A stretch of 64,000 bases of DNA, taken from IMG/VR virus record IMGVR_UViG_3300025646_005470. One strand, 5' to 3'. The position numbers and the translations under genes were made by a program. This stretch comes from a virus. Position 1 is the first letter of the stretch, and every line of letters starts with the position of its first letter. Positions 10,190 through 18,952 of this stretch are shown in pieces. The notes below the pieces were generated by a model. That model saw only the letters and a list, made by a program, of their open reading frames with translations. It did no database searches and was not told where the DNA came from.

Positions 10190-11155
10190 TTATTTGAGTT
10201 TGGATTCAAATTCTCTTAGACGTTTGTACACACTGGCCAGTTCTATAATTGTTGGCCATGCTTTTAATAGATATTGCATTGATCCTTCTACTCTGCCAAA
10301 TGCTCTTATAATCTGTTGCATGACACCAAGTGTTACAATACCTGCCACAATGGCTGGGGCTAAAAACACATAAGCACTTAGAACGTTTGCTTGTAAGTAT
10401 GCCATACGTCCTACATTAAAATACAGATAACGCACATAACTTAAAAAATGTATTGAACGCACATCATCAAACAACTCGTCAATTTGTTTTGGTCTTACTG
10501 TGCCATCATCTTCTGCAATAACAAGAATTTTTCTATAGGCCGCTTCTTTTTTCTGTAGGTCATATTCAACACCTACAAGTCTTAGAACCCATCCTAAGCC
10601 AATTAAAAAAACAGTACCACCAAGTGTCCAAAGTAACGCACCTGTGATTAATCCATATTGCCAATCACCAAAAAAGAAAATTGGTATTCCTACACTTAAT
10701 CCAAGCAGTATTGGAACAAACTGTATTAATACCATTACTGATTCAATAAAACTTGTGCCTAGGCCTTCCATTATTCTTGTAAACTTAATAGTATCTTCTT
10801 GAACCCTTTGACTGGCACCTTCTATTTTACGAGCTTTATCATACACTGAATGATACCATTCTACCATTGCTGTACGCCATCTAAAAAGAAAGTGTGCTGT
10901 AAAAAAACTAATTGCAACGTATAGTGCAATGTACATACCAGCAAGTGTTATGAATGATAGTAAACTTGCCCAATACTCACTAATTGTGATTGCATTAGGA
11001 GTACCTAGTGCTTTTTGAATCATGTCATAGAATACACCAAACCATTCATTGATTTTGACATCTATTTGAACTTGCACCCACAGTGATGATAAAATTACAA
11101 TTGATCCTAACCAGGCCCAAAGTAACCATTTACGAGTTGTGAAAAATCTAAACAA
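10190..11155 (-). CDS. sbmA: SbmA/BacA family peptide transporter
   Basis: QIDVKINEWFGVFYDMIQ, FRWRTAM, IEGASQRVQEDT, EAAYRKILV. Confidence 0.88.
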   Translation of the reverse strand: MFRFFTTRKWLLWAWLGSIVILSSLWVQVQIDVKINEWFGVFYDMIQKALGTPNAITISEYWASLLSFITLAGMYIALYVAISFFTAHFLFRWRTAMVEWYHSVYDKARKIEGASQRVQEDTIKFTRIMEGLGTSFIESVMVLIQFVPILLGLSVGIPIFFFGDWQYGLITGALLWTLGGTVFLIGLGWVLRLVGVEYDLQKKEAAYRKILVIAEDDGTVRPKQIDELFDDVRSIHFLSYVRYLYFNVGRMAYLQANVLSAYVFLAPAIVAGIVTLGVMQQIIRAFGRVEGSMQYLLKAWPTIIELASVYKRLREFESKLK

Positions 11156-11158
11156 GGT

Positions 11159-11470
11159 TTACGCCTTTTCAACTGTACAGTTTAGCGGATGTCCTTGTGA
11201 TCTTGCTTGTGCTGTAGTTTCAATTGCTTTTTGTTCTGCAATTTCGTGTGCGTATGTTCCTGCAATGCCTTTGCCTTCTTCATGTACTTTCATCATTACT
11301 GCTTCAGCTTCTTGAGGTGATTTTCTAAAAATAGTTTTGAGAATTTCTGTAACAAAATCCATTGGTGTATAATCATCATTTAACAAATATACATGATAAA
11401 CTCCTGGTTCATCTATAGTAGTTTGTGTACTTGTTGATGCTTGTACGTTTGCATTGCCTTGTTCTTGCAT
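11159..11470 (-). CDS. clpS: N-end rule adaptor ClpS
   Basis: YHVYLLNDDYTPMDFV, MMKVHEEGKGIAG, HPL. Confidence 0.95.
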   Translation of the reverse strand: MQEQGNANVQASTSTQTTIDEPGVYHVYLLNDDYTPMDFVTEILKTIFRKSPQEAEAVMMKVHEEGKGIAGTYAHEIAEQKAIETTAQARSQGHPLNCTVEKA

Positions 11471-11487
11471 TCTTTATCCTTATTAAT

Positions 11488-12045
11488 TTATTTATTTATG
11501 ATAACAGAGTCTGGCAAAACATAATATTTGTATGTTTGTCTATTTTCATTTTCACCATCATTTGTTTCCATCATTTCTTCGCCTTGTTCTTCATTTACAA
11601 ATTGAATAGGAATTGGTTTTCCGTCTCTCATTTGTTCAAGTTTATTCAATTGTTCATGCATTTGTCTATTGTATTGTATAACATAAACGCGAGGTTGTCT
11701 ACCATTAATTACCGTTGACATCACGTCTATCCAAGATTTATTTGCTTTTTTTGGATTATTATCAATTAACCAAAGATAAATTGCTCCAGAATCTGGATTT
11801 TTTATTTCAGGTTCTTCTACATATGATCCAACCATAATATAATGTTCATTGTTTGGCCATGCATGATAAGGATAACCATATATAGTTTTTAGTCCAATCC
11901 AAGCACTAAGAATTGAAAACAACATAAGAGTTGTTAATCCTGCTTTAAATATCCATCTAGTATTTGTAGAAGATATAAAAATCCACAAAACTGTTGCTCC
12001 AATCATCATTAGTAGCAATACTAAAAACACATGACTTTGTATCAT
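11488..12045 (-). CDS. Membrane protein (2-3 TM), partner of MotA/TolQ-type module
   Basis: N-terminal hydrophobic helices, translationally coupled to upstream gene. Confidence 0.55.
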   Translation of the reverse strand: MIQSHVFLVLLLMMIGATVLWIFISSTNTRWIFKAGLTTLMLFSILSAWIGLKTIYGYPYHAWPNNEHYIMVGSYVEEPEIKNPDSGAIYLWLIDNNPKKANKSWIDVMSTVINGRQPRVYVIQYNRQMHEQLNKLEQMRDGKPIPIQFVNEEQGEEMMETNDGENENRQTYKYYVLPDSVIINK

Positions 12046-12737
12046 TATAAGCCTCCCATTCCTGTAAAACTATTATATGTAGGAATACTTGTACCACCGC
12101 TTTGTTTTCTTGCTTTATCAATTATTGGATAATCTAACTCATTAAAATTACCTATATTACCTTTTTCGTCTACAGTAAATCTTATAACTGTTACTTCGTG
12201 TCCTTGTCTTTGTAGCTCAACTTCTTTTGCAAAAACAATATTATATGGATTTATTTTTTCTATCTGTACCTGTACAGGCATAGGAACATAACTTTTTTCT
12301 CCTAATCGTTCTACCGCTACTTTTTTAGAATAATAATGAATGTTAACAACATATTCTCCAGGAACTATACCTCGTATAGTAACCATTTCTTCATTTCTAA
12401 ATACTGTTATAGGTTTACCTTTTGGATCATATACTGTATCATTGGCTGTACCTAAATCATCTCTATTTAGACTCATTAGTCCAACATCTTTTGATACAAA
12501 ACCTACATAATTACCTAGAGGATCTCTCATCCATAGATCAATATCATCCGGAGAGTCAGTTGGCCAATTAATTTTAACTATAAATTCTGCAACTATTTCA
12601 ACATTTGATTTTTTTGCAACTGGATTTATTAAAATAAATGCAAGAATAAAAAGAAACACAAAACCAACAAGTGTGTTAAACAATAAATCTATGAACGCTA
12701 CCTGTGAACCGTAACTACGATGACGTTTGCCTGCCAT
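12045..12737 (-). CDS. Single-TM ExbD/MotB-like partner with periplasmic domain
   Basis: AFIDLLFN (Asp in TM as in ExbD/TolR/MotB), DIDLW, LNRDDLG. Confidence 0.55.
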   Translation of the reverse strand: MAGKRHRSYGSQVAFIDLLFNTLVGFVFLFILAFILINPVAKKSNVEIVAEFIVKINWPTDSPDDIDLWMRDPLGNYVGFVSKDVGLMSLNRDDLGTANDTVYDPKGKPITVFRNEEMVTIRGIVPGEYVVNIHYYSKKVAVERLGEKSYVPMPVQVQIEKINPYNIVFAKEVELQRQGHEVTVIRFTVDEKGNIGNFNELDYPIIDKARKQSGGTSIPTYNSFTGMGGL

Positions 12738-12738
12738 T

Positions 12739-13302
12739 TTAATTACCTTTCTGTTCTACTACACGTTCAACTAATTTTTCTGCTTGTAAATTTCTATAAC
12801 GTTCTAGATCTTGATCTAATCTAAAATATTGAACTTTAAGAATTGTACTTGTAATTAGACCTGTTAGTGTTGTATACAATGCTGTTGACATACCAACTGC
12901 CATGTTTGCCAATGCTGTTTGCACTGAAGAAACATTTGCTATATTAAGGTTACCAAACGCTCCCGCTAACATCAAAATAAAACCACTTACTGTTCCAATC
13001 AACCCAAGTGTTAATAATACATCTGATGCAAACCAACCTGGTTCATGTCTTGTATCAATATTTTCTAATTTTCTAATATCACCATTAGCAAGTTGACTCA
13101 ACTTCCAACTTTCATATCCACAGTGAAATGTCATACCATAGAATATTACAAGAATTAAAAATGATAATTTTGTTTTATCTTGTGTCCATAAATCTTCATG
13201 AACTCCAAAACCTATCAAAACGATTGTTAACGATATGATTAATGTAAAAAACCACCACCACTTTAGAAATATACTGTGTCTTTTTAATGATGCAATACCC
13301 AT
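12739..13302 (-). CDS. MotA/TolQ/ExbB proton-channel family protein
   Basis: LGLIGTVSGF, GMSTALYTTLTGL. Start set at ATG 13302 because the track start lies inside the hsp20 terminator. Confidence 0.85.
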   Translation of the reverse strand: MGIASLKRHSIFLKWWWFFTLIISLTIVLIGFGVHEDLWTQDKTKLSFLILVIFYGMTFHCGYESWKLSQLANGDIRKLENIDTRHEPGWFASDVLLTLGLIGTVSGFILMLAGAFGNLNIANVSSVQTALANMAVGMSTALYTTLTGLITSTILKVQYFRLDQDLERYRNLQAEKLVERVVEQKGN

Positions 13303-13342
13303 GAGCCATAAATTCCTTTGTTCATAAGTATTTATCGTATTT

Positions 13343-13374
13343 AAGAGAAACCCCGGCATTGTATTACCGGGGTT
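13343..13374 (-). terminator. Rho-independent terminator after hsp20
   Basis: Minus strand AACCCCGG-TAATACAATG-CCGGGGTT followed by TCTCTT. Confidence 0.7.
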
Positions 13375-13395
13375 CCGCATAATTAAAGTATATTA

Positions 13396-13842
13396 TTACT
13401 TGATTTTGATAGTTCTTGGCTGTTTACCTTCTGGAATAATTCTTTCCATAGATACTTTTAACAAGCCATCTTTCAATTCAGCACCTTTGACTTCAACGTC
13501 ATCGGCTACTGTAAACACTTTTGAAAAGAATCTTTTAGAAATACCCTTGTGGATAACTCCGTTTGATTCACTATCATTTGCTTTATCTTCTTTTTTAGAC
13601 TTGATTGTAAGCATATTTTCTGCATATTCTACATCAATGTCATCTTTGCTAAAGCCAGCAAGTGCCACTTCAATATCATAGGTATTAGCACCTGTTTTAA
13701 CGATATTGTATGGTGGGTAATTTACAGTTGGAATTGCAAACATATCTTCGTCAAACATTCTTTCGAAGTGATCGAACATATTGTCAAAACCAATAGTTAC
13801 AGGACGTAACTGATTAAAAATAGATAGATGTTTATTTGTCAT
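13396..13842 (-). CDS. Small heat shock protein Hsp20
   Basis: NYPPYNIVK, IEVALAGF, GISKRFFSKVFTVAD, GAELKDGLL. Confidence 0.95.
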   Translation of the reverse strand: MTNKHLSIFNQLRPVTIGFDNMFDHFERMFDEDMFAIPTVNYPPYNIVKTGANTYDIEVALAGFSKDDIDVEYAENMLTIKSKKEDKANDSESNGVIHKGISKRFFSKVFTVADDVEVKGAELKDGLLKVSMERIIPEGKQPRTIKIK

Positions 13843-13905
13843 TTTAACTCCTCCTTTTAAGCAAGTTTAATTTAATGTAGACCCTATCTAAGCAATCTAC
13901 ACTGT

Positions 13906-13913
13906 TATTTATA
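13906..13913 (-). promoter_or_regulatory. T4-type late promoter TATAAATA (hsp20)
   Basis: Exact TATAAATA in the intergenic region upstream of the hsp20 leader. Confidence 0.7.
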
Positions 13914-13973
13914 CAGTTTTATACTGTATATGTATAATATAAGCATTATTTTTAAAAAGTCAAGAGCCAAATC

Positions 13974-14216
13974 CTATTTTTTTTCTATTTTTTCAGAAAA
14001 AAGTTGGATATTTTGGCCAGGGCCAGCAAGACTAGGTAAATTACCGTATGTTTCTGCATACTTTTTGATAACTTCTTTGTAGAATATTGTAGAATTGTGC
14101 TGACATTTTTTGTTGATTTCTGCTAGTCCGTTGTTTGTGCTGTCAACATAGGTGGCCAAAGCCCGAGCGGCTTCCTTTTGCAGTGTACGTAGATCTAATG
14201 TTTCTAAGTCAATCAT
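13974..14216 (-). CDS. Hypothetical protein
   Basis: 80 aa ORF downstream of rimK. Confidence 0.5.
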   Translation of the reverse strand: MIDLETLDLRTLQKEAARALATYVDSTNNGLAEINKKCQHNSTIFYKEVIKKYAETYGNLPSLAGPGQNIQLFSEKIEKK

Positions 14217-14229
14217 AACAATCTTTTAA

Positions 14230-15117
14230 CTATACAGCATTTATCTTAAATTTACAATACTGTACTATTTCTTTTGCAACATCTATTTTACAGTACTTTT
14301 CAAAGCCTTCAAATCCTGGTGCAGAATTGGCTTCACAGACTTTGTATCCATGTTCGTCAAATAATAAATCAATACCAGCAATATCAAGATTGAGTAATTT
14401 TGCTGTTTCTGTAGCAATGTAGGTTATTTCATCATCCAAAGGATAAAGTTCTCCTACTCCGCCTCTTGTGATATTGGCTTTGAAACTGCCATCTTGGCTG
14501 GATCGTTTCATTGCACCAATTGGTTTGTTTCCAATTACTAACACTCTTAAATCTGTGCCAGGTTGCTCACTGATGTATTCTTGAATAATAATGTTCAGTG
14601 GCGATTTTAAACTTTTGATAAATTCTGCTAGTTCATTTAATGCTGATTTGTTTGGTACCAAGTGTATGCCTTGTCCATAACTACCACTCAGCACTTTGAT
14701 CACACAAGGAAAGCCTATTTGTTTTTCAACCAGTTCTTCATCAACAGGAAAACGTACCAACATGGTTCTTGGAATTGGTATATTGTGTTGTGCAAGAATC
14801 TGTGTAGAATACATTTTGTCTTTGACTGCTTCAATACTGTCTCCTGTATTAATCACAGGCACATGCAGTCTTTCTAAATGTCTTAGCACACTGAGAGCAT
14901 AATAACCTGTGCCACTGCCAGTTCTAGGCAACACTAGTTTAGGCAAAGCAACAGGCTCGCTGTTAACACGAATACTGCGTCTATCACTTCTAGTTACAAT
15001 TAAATCAACTTCGTCAGGTGTCACAACTTTGATATCTAATTTTTGATTATTGGCTTCTTCAATAATTCTATTAGCTTCATAGTCTAATTCATGATCTTTT
15101 CTAAAATACCAAATCAT
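14230..15117 (-). CDS. rimK: RimK-family ATP-grasp alpha-L-glutamate ligase
   Basis: VLPRTGSG, DKMYS, VIKVLSGSYGQG, DLRVLVIG, FKANITRGG, AGIDLL, CEANSAPGF. Confidence 0.92.
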   Translation of the reverse strand: MIWYFRKDHELDYEANRIIEEANNQKLDIKVVTPDEVDLIVTRSDRRSIRVNSEPVALPKLVLPRTGSGTGYYALSVLRHLERLHVPVINTGDSIEAVKDKMYSTQILAQHNIPIPRTMLVRFPVDEELVEKQIGFPCVIKVLSGSYGQGIHLVPNKSALNELAEFIKSLKSPLNIIIQEYISEQPGTDLRVLVIGNKPIGAMKRSSQDGSFKANITRGGVGELYPLDDEITYIATETAKLLNLDIAGIDLLFDEHGYKVCEANSAPGFEGFEKYCKIDVAKEIVQYCKFKINAV

Positions 15118-15133
15118 AATTTCTCTTCAAAAC

Positions 15134-15210
15134 TGGCGGGAGCGAAGGGACTCGAACCCTCGACCTCCTGCGTGACAGGCAGGCGTTCTAACCAACTGAA
15201 CTACGCCCCC
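15134..15210 (-). tRNA. tRNA-Asp (GTC)
   Basis: GGGGGCGTAGTTCAGTTGGTTAGAACGCCTGCCT-GTC-ACGCAGG...GGTTCGAGTCC...CCA. Confidence 0.97.
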
Positions 15211-15212
15211 AG

Positions 15213-15288
15213 TGGTGGGTAATACAGGACTCGAACCTATGACCCCCTCGGTGTAAACGAGGTGCTCTACCAACTGAGCTAATCACCC
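15213..15288 (-). tRNA. tRNA-Val (TAC)
   Basis: GGGTGATTAGCTCAGTTGGTAGAGCACCTCGTT-TAC-ACCGAGG...GGTTCGAGTCC...CCA. Confidence 0.97.
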
Positions 15289-15659
15289 TAAATTTCAATC
15301 TCTGTTAATCCTCGTTCTCTATTTAAATACTTATACTCAACTTTGACAGGATCAAATTGTTTAATTTCTTCAAATATTATATCTGTTGGCAAATCGCCGC
15401 AGGTATATACATCTAACTGCAATAATCCCGGATCTGTTTCATCCCAACAATGTAATGCTATATGAGATGTTTCTATAATTACTAATCCAGTTAATCCTCT
15501 ATTACCAGGTATATCTAAATATGTTGTAATTGGTCCTTGACATATTTGCATACCAATCTTTGATACTAGCTCAGTTAACCATGTATGAGCCCATTTTTGA
15601 TTTGTTGGTGGTTTATTAACTTCTGCTCTAACTATTAAGTGTTTGTGTTGTACTGTCAT
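15288..15659 (-). CDS. speD: S-adenosylmethionine decarboxylase proenzyme
   Basis: KHLIV, GLTGLVIIETSHIALHCW (E-T/S self-cleavage region), LDVYTCG. Confidence 0.85.
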   Translation of the reverse strand: MTVQHKHLIVRAEVNKPPTNQKWAHTWLTELVSKIGMQICQGPITTYLDIPGNRGLTGLVIIETSHIALHCWDETDPGLLQLDVYTCGDLPTDIIFEEIKQFDPVKVEYKYLNRERGLTEIEI

Positions 15660-16405
15660 ATTTTTTTATATATTGGTATTGGTTTCATTTTATGTAAGTT
15701 TAGTTTTCTTATCTGACGATATTTATCTAATAAACTAATATCATTACCAGTTGCTATTGCCCCAAGTTCATCAAGTGCCATAGCTCGTTCCATTTGTTCG
15801 TATGTTAACCCACCTAACTGATCTAAATCAGTTCTACCATCTTCCCATAGTCCATCTGTAGGTGGTGCATCTATGATTTCTTGTAGTATGTTTAAGTCTT
15901 TACCTAACTGCCATACTTCTGATTTCATTAGATCTGCAATGGGTGATATGTCTACTCCCCCATCTCCGTATTTGGTATAAAAACCAACACCAAAGTCTTC
16001 TACTTTGTTGCCTGTGCCCACAACTAATCCTTGTGTAGCACCTGCAATATGATGCAATGCTACCATTCTTATTCTTGATTTGGAATTAGCAAAAGCATGT
16101 TGGTTGTTAAAGTCTATCTGCATTTCAAATTTAAATGCATTATAGGTTGTGTCTAGTTCAGTTATAATGTGTTTGACATTTGTGAATTTGTTAACCAACC
16201 ATTCACCGTGTTTGATACTTAGGTCATGTTGTGACTGTATCTGTTTGATTGGCATTGACACTGCATACACGGGTAATCCTGTCATTGCACACAAAGTACT
16301 TACTACAGATGAATCAATACCACCTGATATGCCTACAACTAGAGTTTTGCGATTGTTATCGTTTGCGTATTCTTTAATCCAATTTGTGATTTGGTTTTGT
16401 AACAC
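15656..16405 (-). CDS. nadE: NH3-dependent NAD+ synthetase
   Basis: VGISGGIDSSV, ANSKSRIRM, GTGNKVE, FYTKYGDGGVD, PPTDGLW. Confidence 0.95.
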   Translation of the reverse strand: MLQNQITNWIKEYANDNNRKTLVVGISGGIDSSVVSTLCAMTGLPVYAVSMPIKQIQSQHDLSIKHGEWLVNKFTNVKHIITELDTTYNAFKFEMQIDFNNQHAFANSKSRIRMVALHHIAGATQGLVVGTGNKVEDFGVGFYTKYGDGGVDISPIADLMKSEVWQLGKDLNILQEIIDAPPTDGLWEDGRTDLDQLGGLTYEQMERAMALDELGAIATGNDISLLDKYRQIRKLNLHKMKPIPIYKKI

Positions 16406-16411
16406 GAAGGA

Positions 16412-16756
16412 TTAACCCCTTCTTGTTTTCTTTTTTGGAGAAATACCAAATTCTTCCATATCACGTTCACGTCTTAGTTTTGCCGCTCTACGTATTGCAC
16501 GTTTTTTATCTTCACGTTTTACAAAAGAAGGTTTTGAATAGTATCTTCTATCACGAAGTTCTTGCATTACTCCTTCTTTTAATAACATTTTTTTAAGTTT
16601 ACGCATGGCACGTTCAACATTGTTATCTACAACTGCTACTGCCATTCCTGGTAACTTTGGAGGACGTGGTTTTCTATTATCTTTTCCATCACGTTTTGTA
16701 TAGCCAATATCAAATGACTTTACATCATATTTTTGTCTAGGTTTTGAAGTTTTCAT
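16412..16756 (-). CDS. rpsU: Ribosomal protein bS21 with N-terminal extension
   Basis: VVDNNVERAMRKLKK...EGVMQELRDRRYYSKPS. Confidence 0.9.
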   Translation of the reverse strand: MKTSKPRQKYDVKSFDIGYTKRDGKDNRKPRPPKLPGMAVAVVDNNVERAMRKLKKMLLKEGVMQELRDRRYYSKPSFVKREDKKRAIRRAAKLRRERDMEEFGISPKKKTRRG

Positions 16757-16788
16757 AATAGTTTATAATAGCATCATTAAAATATTTG

Positions 16789-17343
16789 TCAACTCTTTTT
16801 TACATCACTATCTTTAGTGATAACTGCAAGGATTTTATTTCCTAGTTGTTTTGGAGAAGAATCAAACTTAGTATTATTCAGTTTTTTCATAATCATATTT
16901 ACTTGATCAATAAACATTTGACCATTTGGTATTTCTCTACCTTTTAGTTTCATTACTAATTTAACTTTATCTCCATCATCAATAAACTCTTGAGCTTTTT
17001 TAAGTTTTACATTAAGATCATGAACATCAATATTTGGCCTAAACTGTAGTTCACGTAATTCTACTCTATTTTGTCTTTCAAGTTTTTTCTTTTGCTTTTC
17101 TTTCTTTTGTTGTTCATAGTTCCATTTACTAAATTCTTGAATTTTACAAACAGGTGGATCTGCCTTAACTGTTGTACAAATTAAATCTAAACCTAATTCT
17201 TTGGCTTTTATTAGAGCAGTTCTACTATCAACTATTCCAATAAAAGCACCATTAGGGTCAATTAATCTAACTTGAGGGAATGTTATTGCTGAATTCAACA
17301 ACACACTTGGCTGAGCAAACTTATTGCGGAATGGTTTTTTCAC
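16789..17343 (-). CDS. infC: Translation initiation factor IF-3
   Basis: VRLIDPNG, GLDL, DPPVCKI, ELQFRPNIDVHD, GDKVKL, KGRE. Confidence 0.92.
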   Translation of the reverse strand: MKKPFRNKFAQPSVLLNSAITFPQVRLIDPNGAFIGIVDSRTALIKAKELGLDLICTTVKADPPVCKIQEFSKWNYEQQKKEKQKKKLERQNRVELRELQFRPNIDVHDLNVKLKKAQEFIDDGDKVKLVMKLKGREIPNGQMFIDQVNMIMKKLNNTKFDSSPKQLGNKILAVITKDSDVKKS

Positions 17344-18605
17344 TATGCTCCGTTTTTCTCCGCTTTGGTTTTATAAATTAGCATTGGTTGTTTTTCTTCT
17401 GAAATAACTTTATCACTAATTATAATTCGTTCAACACCTTGTGATTTAAGTGTTGGTAACTCATATTGTAATTGCAATAATATCTTTTCAAGCACAGAAC
17501 GTAAACCTCTTGCACCAATTTCTTTTTTAAGTGCTTCGCTGGCTACACAATCAATTGCTTCATCTGTAAACTCTAATTTAACACCATCTAATTTAAACAT
17601 TTTTTCAAACTGTTTTAGCACTGCATTTTTTGGCTTGACTAAAACTTGTTTTAAATCATCGTGTGTTAGATTATGACAAGCAACCACAACAGGTAATCTA
17701 CCTACCATTTCAGGTATTAAACCAAACTTAACAACATCATCTGGTTGTACTTTAGCAAGTATTTGATCTGTTTCTTCTTTGTTTTCAAAGTTTGACATAA
17801 ATCCCATAGATGAGTTTACATTTAATCTACGTTTGACAATTTCATCTAATCCAACAAATGCTCCGCCGCATACAAATAATATATTTGTAGTATCAACTTC
17901 AATCATTTCTTGTTGTGGATGTTTTCTACCGCCTTGTGGTGGAACTCTCACTACTGTACCTTCAAGTAACTTTAAAAGTGCTTGTTGCACACCCTCACCT
18001 GATACATCTCTTGTGATTGATGTATTTTCTGATTTTCTAGATTTTTTATCTATTTCATCAATGTACACAATACCTCTTTCAGCACGTTCAACATCAAAGT
18101 CACAACTTTGTAAAAGTCTTAGAATAATATTTTCTACATCATCACCAACATAACCACTTTCAGTCAGTGTTGTTGCATCCGCCTGGGCAAATGGCACATC
18201 TAAATAATCTGCAATTTTTTTAGCAAGTAATGTTTTACCGCAACCTGAAGGCCCAACTAGTAACACATTTGATTTTTCTAATTCAACACCATCTACAACA
18301 GGATGATTTAATCTTTTATAGTGATTATATACAGCAACACTTAGAACTTTTTTTGCTTGATCTTGACCAATAACATGGTCGTCTAAATGTAATTTTAATT
18401 CATCTGGTACAATTGTTTTTAGTGCTGTATTTACTTCACCTGTTTTCTTTTGATTAATATCATTTTCTTCTAAAATTGAATAACACAAATCTACGCACTC
18501 ATTACAAATATAAACTTTAGGTCCTGCAATAAGTTTCCTTACTTTAGCTCTTTCTTTTCCACAAAAAGAACAAGAGTATGAATCATCTTTTTTCTTGGTT
18601 GCCAT
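17343..18605 (-). CDS. clpX: ATP-dependent Clp protease ATPase subunit ClpX
   Basis: CSFCGK...CNEC zinc domain, [41 protein letters not shown]. Confidence 0.97.
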   Translation of the reverse strand: MATKKKDDSYSCSFCGKERAKVRKLIAGPKVYICNECVDLCYSILEENDINQKKTGEVNTALKTIVPDELKLHLDDHVIGQDQAKKVLSVAVYNHYKRLNHPVVDGVELEKSNVLLVGPSGCGKTLLAKKIADYLDVPFAQADATTLTESGYVGDDVENIILRLLQSCDFDVERAERGIVYIDEIDKKSRKSENTSITRDVSGEGVQQALLKLLEGTVVRVPPQGGRKHPQQEMIEVDTTNILFVCGGAFVGLDEIVKRRLNVNSSMGFMSNFENKEETDQILAKVQPDDVVKFGLIPEMVGRLPVVVACHNLTHDDLKQVLVKPKNAVLKQFEKMFKLDGVKLEFTDEAIDCVASEALKKEIGARGLRSVLEKILLQLQYELPTLKSQGVERIIISDKVISEEKQPMLIYKTKAEKNGA

Positions 18606-18809
18606 TTAATCCTTCTTATCTATTTTATTAACATAAGGTTTAATCCAACCAACTGATTTTGGTTTTTCTTTTGATTGCTTTAAACTTTCGTTTTTCATTG
18701 TTTTATTTATAATAACACGATTTGCGTCAATGTCAATCTCTTTTTTGAATTCTTTCATATTTACTTTAATATCTTCTCGAAACTTCATTATAACTTCTGG
18801 CCTTCCCAT
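18606..18809 (-). CDS. Hypothetical; probably the C-terminal part of 18953..20314 in the -1 frame
   Basis: Frame stays open without ATG up to the A9 run at ~18959-18967. Confidence 0.45.
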   Translation of the reverse strand: MGRPEVIMKFREDIKVNMKEFKKEIDIDANRVIINKTMKNESLKQSKEKPKSVGWIKPYVNKIDKKD

Positions 18810-18952
18810 AAGTTGATTTAATTCAACTTTGTCTTTTGGTTTAATATTAATTTCTTCAACTTTTATTTGTTTGTGGGCTATCTCTTGAGGCTTTTCATAT
18901 TTTGGAAGTTTAATATTGTCTTGAATAGATAGATTTATACTATCCTTATTCT

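Noticed and set aside
11488-13302. Zorya defence system or flagellar stator
   Set aside because: No OmpA-like domain, no long ZorA tail, no ZorC/D/E and no flagellar genes.
13303-13380. N-terminal extension of the MotA-like ORF given in the track
   Set aside because: It runs through the hsp20 terminator and a TAAATA box; the later ATG at 13302 is more plausible.
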